DNA of 55,312 nt, the filler included, from Sphacelaria rigidula (lineage: Eukaryota): assembly GCA_964200075.2 (NCBI GenBank). It is 5 parts of 5 records of this genome, joined end to end, with 100 filler letters (N's around TTAATTAATTAA, not from the genome) between each part and the next. Parts side by side here need not be neighbours in the genome. Positions count along the whole stretch, not along the records: positions 44,331 to 55,312 come from CAXNAA020005584.1; 4 more parts are not named here. One strand, given 5' to 3'. Positions 49,247-55,312 of the stretch are shown here, in pieces (positions within the stretch are counted from its first letter, which is position 1; every line of letters starts with the position of its first letter). The translations under genes were made by a program, and so were the position numbers. The notes below the pieces were generated by a model. It was not told the origin of the DNA, ran no database searches, and saw only the letters and a list, made by a program, of their open reading frames with translations.

Positions 49247-51527
49247 ATGGCGACAGCGTCGACCACGATAGTACCGACACAGGCAGCACCCGCACCCGCA
49301 CCAGTTTCTGCTGCTTCCAGCGTGCTTGCCGAGGTCGCCTGCTCACTGTCATTGAATGCCGAGGCGTGGTCGACCATCAAGTCCCTCGGGGTGTGCGCTT
49401 GCTGCGCCGCTCGCCTGGCCGGATGCCACGACGCCAAGGCATACCACTGCAGCGAGCCAGACCTATGTGCACAGCTCGACGCCCGCTTTTCCACACCCAA
49501 CCCGCCAAAGGACTCGCTGCAACAACCAGGGGCAGCGGCGGCACCGGCACCGGGAGCATCGAAGGCTGGGCCGAAGAAGCCATGTACTTTATGCCTCGGT
49601 TTGCTGCAACCCGAGGTGCCGCTCGTGATGCTCCCACCCACTCGACCATCGGCCGAGTTCCAAGGGCTCGACGAGCGAGTGGGTCCACTTGCTGCTGCGC
49701 CGTCGTCGACCTCAACGGAGGAGAATGGTGCTCGTGAAATTGCCCTCACATTGCCATCTTCACACGCTGACAACGGTGAGCATCGGATCTCGTGCGCGGA
49801 TACCGAGCTGCCTGTAAGATCGTCGGGTACAGCAGCCGGGAAGGCAATCCATTCTGATACCATCGCAACTACAGCTGTCGTTGCCGCCGGAAGATTGGAC
49901 ACCGTTTTGACTGCGGGCGCCACAACAGAAAACCCTCCTCCACGACCAAGCAGTCTAGGAAAACAGCAGAAACTGGCGCGTCTGGCGACGTCAGTGGTGG
50001 AATGTGCGGCCACGCGAGGGTACACTGTGTCCAGCTTCGCGATCAACGCCGCAGTCCCGGCGTGCCTGGCGGTGCGCGACGCGGCTTTCCTTGTCGCGCT
50101 TGGTGACCTGCTGCAACGACGACAGCCAACCTCCTCGGACGATCACGCAACAGCGACGACGACACGGGCAGGAAATGGTGGGCATACTTCTACTGTCTGG
50201 GCATCAGTAGCTGGAAAAACAGTATCCGTCAAGGATGCACTCAAGTTTGCGCTAGCCGGGGCTCTCCAAGCTCAGTTCGAGAAAGCGGTTCACGACATCA
50301 ACTCTGATTTCGTGGTGGAAGTGACCGCCAAAGCACCAGAGGCCGATGTGCATGCGATGAGTCTACTCGGTGGACCCGTGTTAGCACAGTCGACGAAGCA
50401 TAAGCCGCGGGGGTGGCCGGGGGGGGGGCGGGGGGCAATAAAACGGCAGAGACGAGAGGAGCACCGCTTTCCGGGACTGACTGTTGGCGCTGTTAAGAAG
50501 GGGTTAGCCAATCTGACGGAGGAGGGAAGAGAACGCATGCGGCGGTGGGTGAAGGAGTTGGCGTCCAGGAGTCCAGGGGCAAGAGCACTTGGAATTGACA
50601 GGGACGTGAAAGGGGAAGAAGAAACAGAAGGACGAACTGTAGGGGAGTTGGTTAAGGGAGCGCAAGGCACACCAGAGCACCACATGGATGTGGTCGTCCC
50701 CGCGGAGGAGGCAACACGACGTTCGTGCGCCAGAGGCAACAGGATCGGAGACGATGTCGCATCATCGTCCACGTCCATGCTGCCTGTTCCCCCCACCTCT
50801 GTCGTCAATGGTGACAACATCACCACTAGAGACTTCTGTGTCCCTGCCGACGGTGAAGCCGACGGGGCCGCCATGGCTTGTGGCGATGTAGAGAGCATCC
50901 TCTGCGACGTTGCTATCCGCCGACAGCCGCTTCATCTGTGGGGCAGATACACTAAGCTCTCTCGAGTGGTTCCTCAGACGCCATGGATAAAGGGCTACTT
51001 TTCCGTCCAGGAAGCGGTCTCTGAACCCTTCCAGAAGTTCTCCGGATGCGTGGAGAGCTTCCTGCATGGAGCTGGTCGCGAAGATGTGAACGTTCGCATG
51101 CTTGGAAACGGCCGACCCTTTTCGCTCGAGCTGGTGGACTCTCGGAAGTCGCTGGACGAAATTGCGGCGGAGTTGCCGGCGCTGCAGGACGCGGTTAACG
51201 CCGGCACCAACCGGAAAAACGCCGGTGGGGCGGTAATGATATCGGGACTGCGAGTGGCTGGTCCTGGAGAGTTACCGAGTGAGGTGCAGAAGGTTGGTGA
51301 GGGTAAACGGAAGCACTATCGCTGCATAGTTTGGGTCTCAAGGAAGGTCGGGAGGGTCGAGTTGGAGGAAACATTGTGCGGGCGACCCGAGCTGGTCGTA
51401 CAGCAGTCCACCCCCTTGCGAGTATTACATCGGAGGACCCTGATGGATCGGCCGAGGTCGATATTTAATATGTGCACGGTGTGGATCAACGATCACTACT
51501 TCCAGCTGGACCTAACCACGTCTGCCG
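49247..51527 (+). CDS. PUS10: tRNA pseudouridine synthase Pus10, exon 1
   Basis: N-terminal Zn-ligand pairs CACC and CTLC; GRYTKLSR..PQTPW; catalytic HGAGREDVNVRMLGNGRPF; KRKHYRC; QQSTPLRVLHRR. Ends LTTSAG at G|GTGAGT. Confidence 0.95.
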
Positions 51528-52393
51528 GTGAGTATGCCAAACATTTGTGACACAAGATTTTTGTACTGATGGGTATTGGCAGAGAACATGGGTAGTCGGC
51601 CTTTTTTGGTAGCACATCGTTTTTGCGTGTATGTCACTTTGTGGTCATGTGTGGCACCCGTCCTCGTACGCTTAAGAGGTATCGCTGGATTACTGTCAAT
51701 ATCGCTGGTTCGCGATGAATCATCTCGTTGATTTTCAAGCGACAAAACTGATCCTAGACCACCGTCCACTGTTGGGCATAGTCATTCTGGTACTTAAGGT
51801 TGTAGGTCGGGCTACGGATCTTGAATCCTTTTGTGACAGCCCTGCTCGACTCGGCGAGCCCTCAACACGGCTCTCGAACATTGTATACATCACCACGTGC
51901 TAAACATGTACACTGTCGAAAGCGTAGATCGTGTCCGTCACAACATGTCGAGTCAAAATCCATCACATTCGTGTTGCGTCTGGAGTTCATGTAAAATTGA
52001 CGCAACCGCTTCAGTCGGCCGTTGGAAAACCTGGTCAAAAAAGGAATCGAGAAGACCCCCCTCTGAAGAAACGTTCCCTCCTAATGTCCTATTTTCTTCG
52101 TCATGCGGGAAAAGTTGCTCGTCGGAAGAAAAGAGCTCTTGCCGACTTCTTGCGTGCATCAAGCATGTATCGTATTTTGCGGTGATCGCTCTCCATGATA
52201 GTGTGGTGCGTTTGGACATTATTCTCCCGTTCATTTATTTTGTGTAAAAAAAAAAGACGAGGAAATAAATACACATTGCTTCCATTGGTCATGACTGTTT
52301 GCTGTGGTACACGTGGTTCGAAGACCAGGCGTCTCGCTTGGTCCCGTCCACATGCTTTTCATTTCTTCATTTCTTGTGTCATCTTGATTCCAG

Positions 52394-52602
52394 GCACGTA
52401 TGTGAAAGAGTTTGTTCACGGGGATCTAGGACGCACGGTCCCATCTGTCGGATCCCTCCTCAACTGCCGAGCAGACATCCTGCAGCTCGATGTCACCAAC
52501 GTCGAAGACAAGTGGAGTGTTGAGGAACAGCAACAGAAACAACAAGAACGGCGACAGCAGCAACAAAAACCACAGCAAGAGCAACAGCAAGAGCAGCACT
52601 GA
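52394..52602 (+). CDS. PUS10: Pus10, exon 2 (829 aa total), with polyQ/E tail
   Basis: TTCCAG acceptor ends at 52393. The phase-1 join gives SAGTYVKEFVHGDLGRTVPSVGSLLNCRADILQLDV, the conserved Pus10 C-terminus. TGA 52600-52602. Confidence 0.95.
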
Positions 52603-53109
52603 GGACAGGGACCACAAACGACCGTATCTGCCATGATTTCCGAGCATGATGCTTAGCGTGGCTCAGGAGGAAACCCTTTCCGTGGTCTCGCTTACTCCGA
52701 CGACTGTACGTCGTCTCACGCCGACCGTACATGCTCTCCCCCCACGAAATTTGTCTTTTTGTTCTTGTACAGAAAAGTGCATGGGGGCTGAGGGTTAGTT
52801 TCAGTTTCAGCATCAGGCTGGCTGTGGCCTACAGGTTGCGGTCAATGTGGGGGTTGGAGGTTGGGAAGATGTGGTATTGAAACGGACTATGCGATCAGCC
52901 TGGCTGTGGGCGATGTGAGAGACCGTGTGTCGTGTTGTATGTCTGTGGACTCGCAGAGGATTAACACTACAGTAGTGATTATGTCCGTACTGCGTTCCTC
53001 TTCTGAAAGTATATGAAAGGCCGAAAATATCCTCGGCGTGTATTTGGTCAAACCGACAAAAGGCCGGGGGTGAGGGCGGGAGAGGGGGGGGTTACTCATC
53101 TGCCTAAAA

Positions 53110-53455
53110 CTGCCTGAGTCCGAATAATCTGATGACACCGAACGCTGCTCCCGATGAACTAGGGCGCTGTCTATGGTCTTCTTAAGGCGTCCCTCCTGAA
53201 AAAAGTGATGTGATCATTCCACAACCCAGCAGCTTGGTTGCCCACACTTTCTGTCTGAAAAAAGCTACAAGAATATTCCCAAATTGCTTGTGTCCGGATA
53301 GTCTGATGACACCTAACGCCGCTTCCGATGAAATAGGATGCCGTCTAAGGCCTCGTCAAAACGCCCCTCCTGCAGAAGGTGCTGTAATCATCCCAATACC
53401 CAGAAGCTTGGTTGCTTATACGTCGTGTCTGAAAAAAGTTACACAAATATTCCCG
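53110..53455 (+). repeat. Two-copy tandem repeat, period ~174 bp
   Basis: CTGATGACACC.AACGC at 53129 and 53303; AGCTTGGTTGC...TGTCTGAAAAAAG.TACA...ATATTCCC occurs twice. Confidence 0.85.
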
Positions 53456-53861
53456 AGGTGAAGTTGGATACCTATGGGAGTCATCTAGCTAGGTAGGCGA
53501 CACCAATGCACCTGGTGAACTGCTCACACCGCTGTACCGCGATATGGGACCTGGATAGTGGCTTTTATTGCTGGTTAGTGGGGTCTGCAGAGGAGTTCCA
53601 TTCGTGGAACTTGCACGGCTATTTCTCCCACCATATGTTGCACTACAGTAGAATTACGCGTTAGTGCAACTGCACGTAGTGAAACTGGCACACGGTACAT
53701 GTCAAAGTCGTCGTAACGTAACCATAGCCCAACATTCCGCTTAGTACCATGATGCTGGGCATTATAGGAGATATGCTAACACAAGACAGTACTACTGTAG
53801 GTTAGAGGGGCATGCGGTTTGAGCGCACCGAGCACAACGTGGGGTGTTTCCATCCATGTAT

Positions 53862-54676
53862 GGTGTCAGGGATCAATCCAGGAATCGTTCCCGGTCCTAA
53901 GGCAGCATTACGCCCTCCTCCGTTTGCTAGGATTAGACATGTGTCATGTTCCAGTTTTGAGAAATCAAGGGTTCACCGCCCCCTGGGAGTACTTCCTCGT
54001 CGAGACTTCCATTCCAGCCTAGGTGCAGCATCAGCAATCAATACACGACGCAACGACTCTGCAATCCGAGGATTTGCCTAAAACTGCTTCCACTGCCTCA
54101 TCACTGAGCATCAGCTGACCACAGTCTAGTGAGCTCTCGAGTCGACGATCTAATACCAAGAAAGCCTTCCCTTACAAGTACCTCGTAATAGTTTGAGATT
54201 CAATCAGAAAAGATGAAACAGATCTCAAGAAAGGAATGTTGCATACCAAGAATACTAGCAAGGGTTCTCGATAGCAGTTGTCTGGATGTACCGCTGGCTG
54301 CCTCTAGATGTCTTGCCCGTAAACCCCAAACTATTACTATTACGAGCTACCTGTGTGCGAGCGCCTTCTTGGTATTAAACCGTTGACACGAGAGCTCACT
54401 AGACTGTGGTAAGCTGATGCTCAGTGATGAGGCAATTGAAGCAGGATAAGACAAATCCCAGGATTGCAGAGTCGTTGTACCGTGTATTGATTGCTGATGC
54501 TACGCCGAGACTCGAATAGAAGAGTCGACGAGGAAGTACAAGGAAGGGTTGCAGGACAAACTGTCGTCCTGCGATGCTGAAATCTGGAACATAATCCACA
54601 GTTATTCCTAGCAAATGAGGAAAGGCGCAACGCTGCCTTAGGATCGGGAACGATTCCTGGATCGATTCCCGACACC
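53862..54676. repeat. Tail-to-tail inverted pair of repeat family R2
   Basis: 53862-54199 (+) aligns to the reverse complement of ~54325-54676. Confidence 0.85.
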
Positions 54677-54851
54677 CCCCTTAGCCTTGTGCGCGATCCT
54701 CGCGGATCGGTGTACCGGCACGTCGCAAAACGGAGGCGAGAAAAACTCTGGATTGATCGAAACCCGCAAAGCGGGGGAAAATCACCACCCCGAGAGAAAC
54801 GCGGACAGCGTGTGCCCCTGATCAAGAGCGGACAAGATAACACCTCAAACG

Positions 54852-55045
54852 TGGGGAAACCCGGCGATGGGACCAAAACCTCAACCCCCAAAACATCCAA
54901 CTTATGGAAACCCGGTGACGGGATGTGAACCCCAACTCAGCCCGAAAGACTCATCTTCGGGAAAGCCGGTGACGGGACGAAAACCCCAACTTCGACGAAA
55001 CCCTACAGCGTAAAAAAACCCAGCGACGGGACAAAGCCCCAAACC
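54852..55045 (+). repeat. Degenerate minisatellite, ~4 units with a ~30-bp core and ~54-bp period
   Basis: GGAAACCCGGCGATGGGACCAAAACC / GGAAACCCGGTGACGGGATGTGAACC / GGAAAGCCGGTGACGGGACGAAAACC / AAAACCCAGCGACGGGACAAAGCC. Confidence 0.8.
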
Positions 55046-55312
55046 TGATGCGCCCCATTAGTGGAAGTATCCAGGGCACAACCTCGCAGGGTTAGGATCA
55101 CCGCGCAGGAAAAGTCCTGAAGTGACGGATGGTCTTCTTGGAAAGCAGTCGTTCATTGTAACGGGTATAGAGCGTTCACGCAAGGAAATTTCGATTTTGA
55201 ACAGGGAAAGATGTACTACGATACCCCTGAAAACTATTCTACATGTATCAGCCGATTTTATATTTTGGGGTTCATACAAAATATGGGGCTGAAGTGGCAT
55301 GTCTGTCTTGCA

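Noticed and set aside
49141-50898. Long minus-strand ORFs (301 aa, 202 aa)
   Set aside because: Antisense shadows of PUS10 exon 1.
54852-55045. CRISPR-like repeat-spacer array
   Set aside because: Repeats are degenerate, spacers are short and low-complexity, there are no cas genes, and the context is eukaryotic; it is a minisatellite.

Overview
Eukaryotic, repeat-rich DNA with GT-AG introns and CTRAC branch points. It is most consistent with a brown alga (Phaeophyceae/stramenopile), inferred from a bipartite plastid-targeting N-terminus and the repeat landscape. The window is not one locus: it is five pieces of 10983, 10983, 10982, 10982 and 10982 bp joined by 100-nt N spacers containing TTAATTAATTAA, i.e. 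probably length-sorted contigs concatenated, so nothing can be inferred across the gaps. Supported genes are the last two exons of a type-1 methionine aminopeptidase (292-1596, +), a complete two-exon PUS10 (49247-52602, +), the 5' part of a putative plastid-targeted protein divergent from PUS10, and a possible mitochondrial-presequence exon. The most striking gene is a compact 100-aa ORF (38115-37813, -) fusing a divergent ubiquitin-like domain ending in GG to a complete ribosomal protein eL41 (RPL41/eS32). The rest is mobile DNA: two decayed Ty1/copia elements (one with an extra, frameshifted 3' ORF), a split-direct-repeat compound element, tRNA-derived SINEs, a ~260-bp MITE family, long hairpins and tandem repeats.
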